From assembly GCA_947628785.1 (NCBI GenBank), contig CANRBE010000001.1, positions 1-61,893 of the forward strand: DNA of 61,893 nt. Direction: 5' to 3'. This document shows, one piece after another, positions 18,269 to 27,227 of this stretch. The stretch's first letter is position 1. Each line of letters starts with the position of its first letter. Source of the DNA: an uncultured Bacilli bacterium. Lineage in GTDB: Bacteria > Bacillota_I > Bacilli_A > RF39 > UBA660. The translations under genes were made by a program, and so were the position numbers. Under the pieces are notes generated by a model that saw only the letters and a program-made list of their open reading frames with translations, was not told where the DNA came from and did no database searches.

Positions 18269-18688
18269 TTATTTTTGAATCATATTTAATAAATTTATTT
18301 TAAACATATCTTTATCAGAATGTTGATTAGATATCATAACACCTTTATAAGTAACAAGTTCTGATTGATGTCCTTCACTTAATATTTCAATAGGAGTTAT
18401 TTTATCTAACATAACTGTTTTTTGTTTTTTATAAAATAAATAATGTAATTTTATTTCTCCATGAACTTTCGCAAATAATGAATCTGTTGGTAGTTTTAGT
18501 TCATAAGCATCTATTTCTTTTTCTTTATCACTACTAACTTTTTCCCCTAATAAATTACCTTCTTTTAACTTTGGATAGTATTCAAAACACAACTTCTTAT
18601 AAGCAAGCATATTATACTTTTTCAAAGAGCGTTCTAGTTTATGAAATTCATTTTCATTAACATAATCAACTAAATAATTTTCTTGCAT
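18269..18688 (-). CDS. hypothetical protein (139 aa)
   Basis: Intact ORF with a GGAGG SD (ggaggatagactATG). No recognizable motifs. Confidence 0.6.
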   Translation of the reverse strand: MQENYLVDYVNENEFHKLERSLKKYNMLAYKKLCFEYYPKLKEGNLLGEKVSSDKEKEIDAYELKLPTDSLFAKVHGEIKLHYLFYKKQKTVMLDKITPIEILSEGHQSELVTYKGVMISNQHSDKDMFKINLLNMIQK

Positions 18689-18869
18689 AGTCTATCCTCC
18701 GTATTCTAATAATAGGATACCACAAAATTAATTTTAAAGTCAATCAATCATTAAGTTGTTTATTTATTTTATGTAAATAGTTTGTCATTTAAAATATTTT
18801 TACTCCTACTAAAATTCGTAAAGGCTATTATATCACTTTTATTTTAAATGTGCAAATAAAATAAAAAAT

Positions 18870-18912
18870 GTTAATTTAAATATGAAGTGCAACACTTCAT
18901 ATTTAAATTAAC
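18870..18912. repeat. perfect 20-bp inverted repeat with 3-nt loop
   Basis: GTTAATTTAAATATGAAGTG-CAA-CACTTCATATTTAAATTAAC. Lies between divergent promoters of 18269..18688 (-) and tRNA-Lys (+). Confidence 0.9.
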
Positions 18913-18926
18913 AAAATAAAAAATAT

Positions 18927-18954
18927 TTGTTTTTTTTTAAATTTATGATATAAT
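18927..18954 (+). promoter_or_regulatory. putative promoter of tRNA-Lys
   Basis: TTGTTT (18927-18932), 16-nt spacer, TGaTATAAT (hexamer 18949-18954), 40 nt upstream of the mature 5' end. Confidence 0.4.
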
Positions 18955-18994
18955 CATTATGTGCTTATTTTTACATTATTTTATAAAAACTTAT

Positions 18995-19070
18995 GGATCG
19001 TTAGCTCAGTTGGTAGAGCAATCGACTCTTAATCGATGGGTCTAGGGTTCGAACCCCTAACGGTCCACCA
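18995..19070 (+). tRNA. tRNA-Lys (anticodon CTT), CCA encoded
   Basis: Hand-folded cloverleaf: acceptor GGATCGT/ACGGTCC, D arm GCTC-AGTTGGTA-GAGC, anticodon stem ATCGA/TCGAT with loop CTCTTAA, T arm TAGGG-TTCGAAC-CCCTA. Confidence 0.9.
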
Positions 19071-19080
19071 TTTTGTTTAT

Positions 19081-19110
19081 AAAAAAGTCTTTGAAAATAA
19101 AGACTTTTTT
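19081..19110. terminator. bidirectional terminator after tRNA-Lys and after the small minus-strand ORF
   Basis: AAAAAAGTCTTT-GAAAAT-AAAGACTTTTTT: a 12-bp stem including A/T runs on both sides. Confidence 0.7.
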
Positions 19111-19116
19111 TAATAA

Positions 19117-19281
19117 TTATCCAATCCAATTAATACTTTTCCAAAATGGACCAAAAACAAATTTAACAATAATTAAAAATATTCCCCACATTAGAAAAAA
19201 AGCTAAAATCATAATAACAATACTTTTTATAACACTATTTTTTTTTAATTTATTCCATCCTTCTTTTAATTTTTTTACCAT
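19117..19281 (-). CDS. 54-aa small membrane protein (unlisted in ORF track)
   Basis: MVKKLKEGWNKLKKNSVIKSIVIMILAFFLMWGIFLIIVKFVFGPFWKSINWIG: one clear TM helix, stop 6 nt before the terminator. The SD is weak (GTGAATGA). Confidence 0.4.
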   Translation of the reverse strand: MVKKLKEGWNKLKKNSVIKSIVIMILAFFLMWGIFLIIVKFVFGPFWKSINWIG

Positions 19282-19410
19282 TTCATTCACAAATAATCAA
19301 TCTTTTTTTGATTTGTTCCTTTCTATTTATATTTTGTATATATATTTATACACTAATATTAATATACCATATTCTAAACTCTAATCAAATATTTTTTTAT
19401 TATTTACATT

Positions 19411-20823
19411 TTAATTATTTATTTTATGATGATATTCTAAAGTATTTTTATCAATTGCTTCAAAAGTATAACCATGACTTTTTCCATATTTAATAATTTC
19501 TCTAATTCCTTCAATAATACCAGTATTATTTTCAAAGTCATGTAACAAAACAATATTTCTTTTATATTTTAAGTTTGTAATAACATTATCATATATTTTA
19601 TTAGCTGATAATCTTCCACCTGAGGCATCTCCTGATGATATATTCCAATCAAAATAAGTAAATCCTTTATTATTAACTTCTTTATCAAGTAAAGTCATTA
19701 TTCCCTTACTATATCTTCTACTTATCGTATTAGAAGCCCCACCTGGAAATCTAATAATAGTTGGTTTTTTATTAATTATTTTATATACTTTATCTTGAAT
19801 AGCATATAAATCATTAAAATAAGAATCTACTGAACTATATACTTTTTTATAATTATGAGTATAAGAATGTAGTCCTACTGTATGGCCTTCACTATCTTCT
19901 CTTTTAATTAAATAATCTAGTTCTTTTGAATGATTTATAACAAAGAAAGTAACTTTAACATTTTCTTCTTTTAATACATCTAAAAGTTTAGGAGTTACAC
20001 TTCTACTTGGACCATCATCAAAAGTTAAATAAATAACTTTACTATCATTTTCAATTGGTTTTTTTAACACTTTAACTGTTCTTGTTACTTCACTTACATT
20101 ACCTAAAGAATCTGTTGCTTGATAAGTTATTTTATAAATTCCCTCCTTTTTAGTATTGACAGTACCTGTTATTTTAACTTTAGTTTTAATATCATTATCA
20201 CAGTTATCAAAAACTTCATAACCTGGTTCATTATAGTTTTGATTTAAATAAATAGTCATATTTTTATAACCTTTTAAAGTTATTTTAGGACCTTTTGTAT
20301 CTTCATTTAAAGTACGCATTAAAACACTTTCATTACCCGATGAATCTTTTACCGAGTAAATAATAGTTTTATCAGAATTAGTTACTTTTACTTTTTCAGT
20401 TAAATCACCATCATAATTATCTACCGCTATATATCCTTCTTCTTGATAAGTAGTATTTGGACAAACTGTTACTTCTTCATCACCCTTTAAAGTTATCTTT
20501 GGTTTAGTTTTATCTTTTACTAAAATAGTTCTTACTACTTTTCTTGTAATACCATGATAATTAACTCTATATTCCAATTTATATTTACCTATTTTTTTAT
20601 CATTTACTTTTCCAGATACTTTAACTATTCCTCCTAAATTAGTATCACCGTAACTAGCGTAAACTCCTTTTTCTTTATATTTTTTAAAAACTTCTACTTC
20701 CGTTACAGCATCTCCTTTTAATTTAATTCTAGGCGATAAAATTAAATATATTGCATAAACAATTAATAATAAAAGTATCCCTCCTAAAATAGCAATAATC
20801 TGCCTTTTATGCTCAAATTCCAT
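19411..20823 (-). CDS. membrane-anchored polysaccharide deacetylase (NodB domain) with three Ig-like DUF5011-type repeats
   Basis: N-terminal TM. Three repeats of the KPKITLKG...Y.E.GY.A.DN.DGDLT..V type. C-terminal YLTFDDGPS...HSYTH NodB motifs. Confidence 0.85.
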   Translation of the reverse strand: MEFEHKRQIIAILGGILLLLIVYAIYLILSPRIKLKGDAVTEVEVFKKYKEKGVYASYGDTNLGGIVKVSGKVNDKKIGKYKLEYRVNYHGITRKVVRTILVKDKTKPKITLKGDEEVTVCPNTTYQEEGYIAVDNYDGDLTEKVKVTNSDKTIIYSVKDSSGNESVLMRTLNEDTKGPKITLKGYKNMTIYLNQNYNEPGYEVFDNCDNDIKTKVKITGTVNTKKEGIYKITYQATDSLGNVSEVTRTVKVLKKPIENDSKVIYLTFDDGPSRSVTPKLLDVLKEENVKVTFFVINHSKELDYLIKREDSEGHTVGLHSYTHNYKKVYSSVDSYFNDLYAIQDKVYKIINKKPTIIRFPGGASNTISRRYSKGIMTLLDKEVNNKGFTYFDWNISSGDASGGRLSANKIYDNVITNLKYKRNIVLLHDFENNTGIIEGIREIIKYGKSHGYTFEAIDKNTLEYHHKINN

Positions 20824-21022
20824 ACCAACACTTCCTGTTTTTATTATATCATATTAAAATAAAGGAAGCTATAAATAGCTTCCTAATCTATATAAACGCT
20901 AACACGTAGCGTACCAAAATAACAAATTTTAACTAGATAGCTTATTTATTTTTGACTATATTTTTGAATATCTACTTTTAATATATCCATTTTTAAATTA
21001 TATTATTCATTTATTTTTGTAG

Positions 21023-21057
21023 TCAAAAAAAACATATCCACTAATAAGATATGTTTT
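21023..21057 (-). terminator. intrinsic terminator of 21085..21468
   Basis: Minus strand AAAACATATC-loop-GATATGTTTT followed by a T run, about 28 nt after the stop. Confidence 0.55.
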
Positions 21058-21084
21058 AATTTTATTTTTTTTTAATTATTTTGT

Positions 21085-21468
21085 CTATTTTGTTTTATTT
21101 TTAGTATCATAATCGATATAATCATCATATATAGATGTTACTTCATCACCAAATCCATAATAGTCATCAGAAAAGGTATCATAAGACCAAATATTTTTAC
21201 AGTGACCACCAATAAACATATCAGTTTTCATACCAAATCTAGTCATCTCAAGATCTAATTTACTATCATAATTAGGACTATCTTGGTCACATCGATTAAA
21301 AATATTTACTATAAAATTGCTTAACTCTTCCTGACTTTTATCTTTTAACGCTGGTATTTTATTCGTTAATTCTAAAACGTCACAATTCAATAAGTTCATA
21401 TGATAATTTACCAGTAATATTTTTTTAGTAAGTAATTTTTGCTTTTTTAATAATTCTCTAATTTTCAT
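21085..21468 (-). CDS. hypothetical protein (127 aa)
   Basis: Intact ORF with a GGAGGG SD and an acidic, Tyr/Asp-rich C-terminus. No motif recognized. Confidence 0.6.
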   Translation of the reverse strand: MKIRELLKKQKLLTKKILLVNYHMNLLNCDVLELTNKIPALKDKSQEELSNFIVNIFNRCDQDSPNYDSKLDLEMTRFGMKTDMFIGGHCKNIWSYDTFSDDYYGFGDEVTSIYDDYIDYDTKNKTK

Positions 21469-21538
21469 AATATCCCTCCTTATTACGGGCTATTATAACA
21501 TAGAATATTTAGGATATACAATATTTTTAAATAAAATA

Positions 21539-23026
21539 TTAATTATTCTTTAACATATATTTATATTCTTCAATTTGACTATTTTGGTCAGCTATTTTAT
21601 TTTCATATTCAGCTATTTTATTTTCTAATTCATTGATTGTTTTCTCATATTCATTTATAGTTTCATCATAAGTTTTTTCTGTTTCAAAATATTTTTGTTC
21701 ATTACTTTTAATTTTATCAATATTTTTTTTAGAAGCATAAACAACAATTTCTTGTATCTCATTATTAATAGATACTATTTTTTTATCATTGATATTTTTA
21801 ATAAATACTCTAGCTAGTTTAGTTGGATTAGAACAACTAGCCCATATATGAATACCATACTTATCATCTTGACTATATGAAGTTAAATTACAATATTTAT
21901 TTATTTTATATTGAATTTTGATATTACTTATATTAGTTTCAACATATTTAACATTATCATATCCATAAAAAAATGTATTATCTGTCATTTCTAGTTCTAA
22001 ATTTTTAGTTTCTAACATCGTTTCATTACTATTTAAAACCTCAAAATTAAGAGTTCCAACAAATATTAATCCACACCCTATTCCTAGTACTAAAATAGAT
22101 ACAATAAAAGTCCATATCATTTTCTTTTTATCATTTTGTCGATTAAAAACAAAATTCAAAAGTAATAATAATATAATCACTGATATAACTATCATAGATA
22201 ATAAGGTAATAATTAATCCGATAAAGAAAAGACCAGTTTTATAAACTAAAAAGGAAGCAACTATTAATCCAAGTAGACATATCAATATAAAACATACAAA
22301 TAAAGCTAAACATAAGAAAAAGAATTTAATCATCAAAACAATAATTTTAAATAAACCATTAATAAACTTATACTCACTATGTTTTGGGTCTCTAATAATA
22401 ATTTTACTAATATTTTCTTTACTTTCATCATTACTATCTTTATAATTTTGTTTACTTATTTTATCATTTATCTTTTCATAATAATCTAAATATCTAGTCT
22501 TAAAAATATAAGTCAAAATTATAATTGATGTAATAAGACAAAATAAGATTGTCGTTGAAGATAATACACCTTGAATAAAATAGTAAATTTGATCTGGCAA
22601 AAATCTTAAAACACTTGAAAATATTGCATCACCAATTAAAATAATACCACCAGATATAATTATTAATATTCCAATAATAACCATCTGTTCTAGTAAACAT
22701 TTTATTTTACTTTTAAAATTCATATTACTAAATAAATTAACTGTATTAGCAATAAACTTTAAAAAATCGTCTATCGTTTTATTAAGTTTCTTTTTACTTT
22801 CTTCTTCTCTTTTAACTTCTTTGATATCTTGATTTAATAAATCGTCAATATTTAAATTAAATTTGTTACATAAAGCAATAATTTTATCCATTTCTGGATA
22901 AGCAATAGCCGATTCCCATTTAGAGATAGCTTGTCTTGATACACCTAATTCTAAAGCTAACTGTTCTTGTGATAAATTATAATCTTTTCTAATCTTTTTT
23001 AAATTTTGTGAAAAATGATTATTCAT
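21539..23026 (-). CDS. XRE-family HTH protein fused to a multi-pass membrane domain and C-terminal coiled coil
   Basis: LSQEQLALELGVSRQAISKWESAIAYPEMDKIIALC HTH motif and about 6 TM segments. Start moved to the ATG at 23026 behind an AAGGAGG SD. Confidence 0.8.
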   Translation of the reverse strand: MNNHFSQNLKKIRKDYNLSQEQLALELGVSRQAISKWESAIAYPEMDKIIALCNKFNLNIDDLLNQDIKEVKREEESKKKLNKTIDDFLKFIANTVNLFSNMNFKSKIKCLLEQMVIIGILIIISGGIILIGDAIFSSVLRFLPDQIYYFIQGVLSSTTILFCLITSIIILTYIFKTRYLDYYEKINDKISKQNYKDSNDESKENISKIIIRDPKHSEYKFINGLFKIIVLMIKFFFLCLALFVCFILICLLGLIVASFLVYKTGLFFIGLIITLLSMIVISVIILLLLLNFVFNRQNDKKKMIWTFIVSILVLGIGCGLIFVGTLNFEVLNSNETMLETKNLELEMTDNTFFYGYDNVKYVETNISNIKIQYKINKYCNLTSYSQDDKYGIHIWASCSNPTKLARVFIKNINDKKIVSINNEIQEIVVYASKKNIDKIKSNEQKYFETEKTYDETINEYEKTINELENKIAEYENKIADQNSQIEEYKYMLKNN

Positions 23027-23137
23027 ATTTTTCCTCCTTTTCAAAAATATTTTATATCACTCTACTGGTTGCTGGCTACCACTTTTTAGTTGTTTTTTGT
23101 TGAATGTTAGTTGCATTTATTTTATAAAAGAAACTTC

Positions 23138-25165
23138 TTAATTGCAAGTACTTATTTTATAACTATTTTTATCAAGTTTAATTCTTATACTACCATTCTT
23201 ATCTGTCCGATATATTTTAGAATCTTTTAAAATATCTAAGACTTTTTTATTAGGATGATTATACTTATTATTTATTCCAACTGATATTAAACTATATTTA
23301 GGTTTTATTGTATCAATAAATTTTTGACTGGAAGAAGTGATAGAACCATGATGTCCAACTTTTAAAAAATCAATATCTTTTAAATTGTATTTATTTAAAA
23401 TATCTTGCTCTTTATAAAAAGAAGCATCTCCCATTAATAAAAATTTATAATTATAATATTTAAAATAAATTACATTAGAATTATCATTTTCATTGTCATA
23501 CATTTTTGTATTTAAAAAATATAGTTTATATTTAGAAAGATTAATTTTTTTTAAATTTTTATAATATTTTATTTTCTTTTTATTTAAAACTTTAACTAAT
23601 TCTTTTTCTAAAAAATTAAAATCATCTTGATTAAATATAACTTTATCGACTTTAAATTTTTTGACTAAATTAATACTTTCTTTCATATGGTCCGAATCAC
23701 CATGACTTAAAATCAAATAATCAAGTTTTTTTATTCCCCTTGCTTTTAAAGAAGGCAATAAAACATAATTTAAAATTTTATCACTTCCATATAAACCACC
23801 TGTATCAACTAAAATGTGTTTATTATCTAAGGTAATTAAAATGCTATCTCCTTGTCCAACATCAAGTATTTCCACAAAATCATTTTTTATTAAAGAAGGA
23901 TAAAAATAATGAATTCCTAAAACTAAAACAATAATAAATTTTCTAGTTTTACAATTTTTAAAAACAAAATAAAAAATAACATAATAAATGATTGTAATAA
24001 AAATATTTTCATATTTAAAAATTAAAGTAAAATTATCAATATCATTCAAAAATAAGGAAATTTTTTCTAAAATATTTATCAAAAAAGTTAAAATGAAATC
24101 TAAAAAAGGAAAAATAAATGAAATAATTAAAACAGGTATAAATAAATATGTAACAAATGGTACAAAAAACATATTGAAAAAAGGAGTTAATAAATTGATA
24201 CTATAATTTACTCTTATACTAATTGGTATAGAAACTAAAAAGCAAAAAACACTCAATTTAAAAAGCGAAATAATAAAATTTTTACTTTTTAAAAGATTAG
24301 AAAAACGTAAGATAAAAAAAGTAATAACAAAACTAAAGACAAAACTTAAATCATAAAAACAATAAGGATTAATTAACCATATTATCAAAGCTAATAATAA
24401 TAAAAAATGATAATTTTTTAAAGGAAAACTAAATTTGTTTTTAAAAACCATAAATATATATAAAATTACACTTCTAATTAATGAATAAGAAGTATTGGCA
24501 ATTAATAAATAGATAAATAAAAAAATAATTATTATCAATTGTTTTCTTTTTGTCTTTTTTAAAATAGTACTTAAAAAAAGAACTATCAAAGTAATATGCA
24601 TTCCTGATATAGAAAATAAATGACTAATTCCATTTTGATTAAAAGAATCTTTTAAATCTTTTTTAATATCTTCCTTACTTCCTAATAAAAACAGTTTATA
24701 GTATTCTTGGTTTTTTCTTTTTTCTATTTTACTTTTAATATTTCTTTTAATTAAAAGATAAATATTATTAGTAACACCTAATTTATTTATTTTATTAGAA
24801 TAGCAAATTTTTTTGATGTTTTTACTTAATAAATACTTCTGATAATCAAATAGATAAAAGTTAGATTGTCTACTTGGATTTTTTAGTAAACAATCTACTT
24901 TTACTATATCACCTATTTTTAAATTATTATCCGTCATAAGTAAAATATTATTAGGTTTTAAAAGATATTGATTTTTATTTAAAAGACTATTAACTGTACC
25001 AGTTATTTTTTCTTTTTTATTAATATTAATAATTCTTAAATTATTTACTCTAAATAGTATTATTAAAATCAAACTAAAGAGTAAGATTATCTTTGATTTT
25101 TTCGTATATTGAATCTCCAATTCCTGGAACATTTTTAATATCTTCAATCTTTTTAAATGGACCAT
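23138..25165 (-). CDS. comEC: DNA internalization competence protein ComEC/Rec2
   Basis: Polytopic competence domain plus a C-terminal metallo-beta-lactamase module (ILSHGDSDHM...VGHHGS). The 5' end overlaps the comEA 3' end; the true start is uncertain (25165 or 25132). Confidence 0.9.
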   Translation of the reverse strand: MVHLKRLKILKMFQELEIQYTKKSKIILLFSLILIILFRVNNLRIININKKEKITGTVNSLLNKNQYLLKPNNILLMTDNNLKIGDIVKVDCLLKNPSRQSNFYLFDYQKYLLSKNIKKICYSNKINKLGVTNNIYLLIKRNIKSKIEKRKNQEYYKLFLLGSKEDIKKDLKDSFNQNGISHLFSISGMHITLIVLFLSTILKKTKRKQLIIIIFLFIYLLIANTSYSLIRSVILYIFMVFKNKFSFPLKNYHFLLLLALIIWLINPYCFYDLSFVFSFVITFFILRFSNLLKSKNFIISLFKLSVFCFLVSIPISIRVNYSINLLTPFFNMFFVPFVTYLFIPVLIISFIFPFLDFILTFLINILEKISLFLNDIDNFTLIFKYENIFITIIYYVIFYFVFKNCKTRKFIIVLVLGIHYFYPSLIKNDFVEILDVGQGDSILITLDNKHILVDTGGLYGSDKILNYVLLPSLKARGIKKLDYLILSHGDSDHMKESINLVKKFKVDKVIFNQDDFNFLEKELVKVLNKKKIKYYKNLKKINLSKYKLYFLNTKMYDNENDNSNVIYFKYYNYKFLLMGDASFYKEQDILNKYNLKDIDFLKVGHHGSITSSSQKFIDTIKPKYSLISVGINNKYNHPNKKVLDILKDSKIYRTDKNGSIRIKLDKNSYKISTCN

Positions 25166-25730
25166 TTTTTAGACGATATTCAACTATGGCTTGAGCTTTA
25201 CTTTCACCAACACCAGATAAAGTCATAAAATCTTCTTTAACACCTTCATTTAATGATACTTTACTACTATTTTCTTCTTTATTAGAACTTTCTTTTTTAT
25301 TTAAACAAGCATCATTTAAATTATCAGGACAACTCTTTTCTTCCACTTTAATTTGGTATTTTATTTGTTCATCTTTTTTCATTGCATTTATCTCTTTTTG
25401 ACTATATATTATAATAGCCATCGAATCAGTAACTCTTTTGCTTAAATTGATATAATCTGTATTAGCTTCTTTAGTAAGTCCTCCAGCTTTTTCAATAGCT
25501 TGATAAATAGTATAATCTTTACCTACTTCATAAACTCCTGGATTTTTTACTTCTCCCTTAATATCGACAAAGATAGTTTTAACACTTTCTTTTACTTGAG
25601 GAATTTCCTCTTCTTCTATTTCATTTTTATCATTATTAGAAAAGGCTAAAACACTATTAATTAAAACTAAGAAAAAAAGGATAAATCCTCCGATAAAATA
25701 GTAGTAATATTTTTTTACAAACTCTTTCAT
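25074..25730 (-). CDS. comEA: competence protein ComEA (SLBB domain + helix-hairpin-helix DNA binding)
   Basis: N-terminal TM, SLBB segment VDIKGEVKNPGVYEV...AGGLT, and C-terminal LSGVGESKAQAIVEYR...VPGIGDSIYEKIK HhH pair. Confidence 0.9.
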   Translation of the reverse strand: MKEFVKKYYYYFIGGFILFFLVLINSVLAFSNNDKNEIEEEEIPQVKESVKTIFVDIKGEVKNPGVYEVGKDYTIYQAIEKAGGLTKEANTDYINLSKRVTDSMAIIIYSQKEINAMKKDEQIKYQIKVEEKSCPDNLNDACLNKKESSNKEENSSKVSLNEGVKEDFMTLSGVGESKAQAIVEYRLKNGPFKKIEDIKNVPGIGDSIYEKIKDNLTL

Positions 25731-25741
25731 TTAATCACCAC

Positions 25742-26986
25742 CTAAACATATCTAAAATTAGCTATATTTTTATCAACTTTGCCACTTATACCAGCTAAGG
25801 TACCACTTGATGTATATTGCCACATATCATATTTTCCTTGGTAATTAGTTTTATTTACAAAATGAGCTAACCAGATTTTATATTTTGTAAGTCTTTCCAT
25901 TTGGAATTTTGATTCAAAAGCTGATTTATAGGAATAAAACATTCCTTGATATCCTTTGGAATTTACATAATCTAAGAAAGCTATTACATAGTTAGTTCTT
26001 CTTTCTTTAGTAAGTTTTTTGCATCTTGCATCAAACGTTTCATAATCGATTGCTACAGGATATGTTATATCATAGTCTTTAATTTTATCTACGGTAAATT
26101 TAGCTTCTTCTAAGGCTTCCTTTTTAGTAGTTGCCGTTGAGAAAAAGTAAACACCTACCTTAAGGCCAGCTTTAATCGCCTCTTTAATATTTTTTTTAAA
26201 ATAAGAATCTTCCTTAATAACACCTGTTTCGTATCCTCGGTAACCAACTCTAATCATTACAAAATCAATACCACTTTGTTTTACCTTATCAAAATTTATA
26301 TTACCTTGATATTTAGATATATCAATACCAGTTGATTTTCCTTTTACTTCAGTTAATTTAGATTTTTCTTCTCTTTTTACTTCTTCTTTTTGGTTTTCTT
26401 CTACTTTTTTAGTTTCTTCTGTTTTTTGGATTTTATCTTTTTCTTCTTGTTTATTTTGATTTTCTTCTTCAATTACTTCTTGTTCTTTAGAAATACTTTC
26501 TTCATTTTCAATTTTATCTATTTGTTCCTTTTCTTCTGTTATCACATTATCTTCTAAAATGATTTCTTCATCAATTTCTGACGTTTCAATAATTTCATCA
26601 GGTATCTCATCACTTTTTTCTTCCACTACTTCTTCTTTTGTTTTATTAGTTGTCTTATTTTGAATAGCTACTTTTTCTTGTTTTTTTACAGTTGTTATTT
26701 CTTTTTTACTGTAGACAATAATAACCATTTCGTCTTTTACTCTTTTACTCAAATTCAAATATTCGGTATCAGCATTTTTAGTAAGTCCTCCAGCTTTTTC
26801 AATCACTTGATTAACAATCATGTTTTTATCTACTTCATAAACACCAGGATTTTTTACTTCGCCTTTAATATCGACATACACTTTATCATCTGTTTTATCT
26901 TCTTTACTATAAGCTAAGACAGGACTTATAGAAAAAATAAAAAACAAAATGATTTCAACAATTTTAAAACAATAATATTTTTTCAA
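25742..26986 (-). CDS. fusion protein: signal/TM + ComEA-like SLBB domain + Glu-rich linker + GH25 muramidase
   Basis: Residues ~45-105 parallel the ComEA SLBB almost motif for motif. The C-terminal GIDISKYQGNINF...VAIDYETF...MWQYTS is a glycoside hydrolase family 25 signature. Confidence 0.85.
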   Translation of the reverse strand: MKKYYCFKIVEIILFFIFSISPVLAYSKEDKTDDKVYVDIKGEVKNPGVYEVDKNMIVNQVIEKAGGLTKNADTEYLNLSKRVKDEMVIIVYSKKEITTVKKQEKVAIQNKTTNKTKEEVVEEKSDEIPDEIIETSEIDEEIILEDNVITEEKEQIDKIENEESISKEQEVIEEENQNKQEEKDKIQKTEETKKVEENQKEEVKREEKSKLTEVKGKSTGIDISKYQGNINFDKVKQSGIDFVMIRVGYRGYETGVIKEDSYFKKNIKEAIKAGLKVGVYFFSTATTKKEALEEAKFTVDKIKDYDITYPVAIDYETFDARCKKLTKERRTNYVIAFLDYVNSKGYQGMFYSYKSAFESKFQMERLTKYKIWLAHFVNKTNYQGKYDMWQYTSSGTLAGISGKVDKNIANFRYV

Positions 26987-27227
26987 TTTTTCACCTCCCT
27001 ACTTATATATAAGACAAATTTTTCCAGTTTCCTTTTTTTAAACCAAAAAAACAATTTTTTAATTGCTTTTTAAATAATATCTTGATATTGTTATCTATTT
27101 TTAATTTAATACTATCATTATTATGATTAAAGTATTACTGTTAGGTAGTTATATTTTAATAAATTTTTTTATCTTATCTATAAATAATATCATCTAAAAA
27201 TTTAAAAACATATCATTTTGATATGTC

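Noticed and set aside
18995-19070. tRNA genes considered as integration sites of prophages or islands
   Set aside because: I found no second copy of the 3' halves of tRNA-Lys, tRNA-Gln or tRNA-Arg in the window, and no integrase next to them.
19073-19493. Plus-strand ORFs 19073..19384 and 19308..19493
   Set aside because: They have low-complexity translations and no SD, and they run antisense to a terminator-bounded small membrane ORF and to the 3' end of the deacetylase gene.
25074-25165. 92-nt overlap of comEA and comEC, considered as a frameshift or fusion
   Set aside because: Both frames are open and both proteins are complete. The overlap probably reflects uncertainty in the comEC start (ATG at 25132, or a non-ATG start further in) rather than a disruption.
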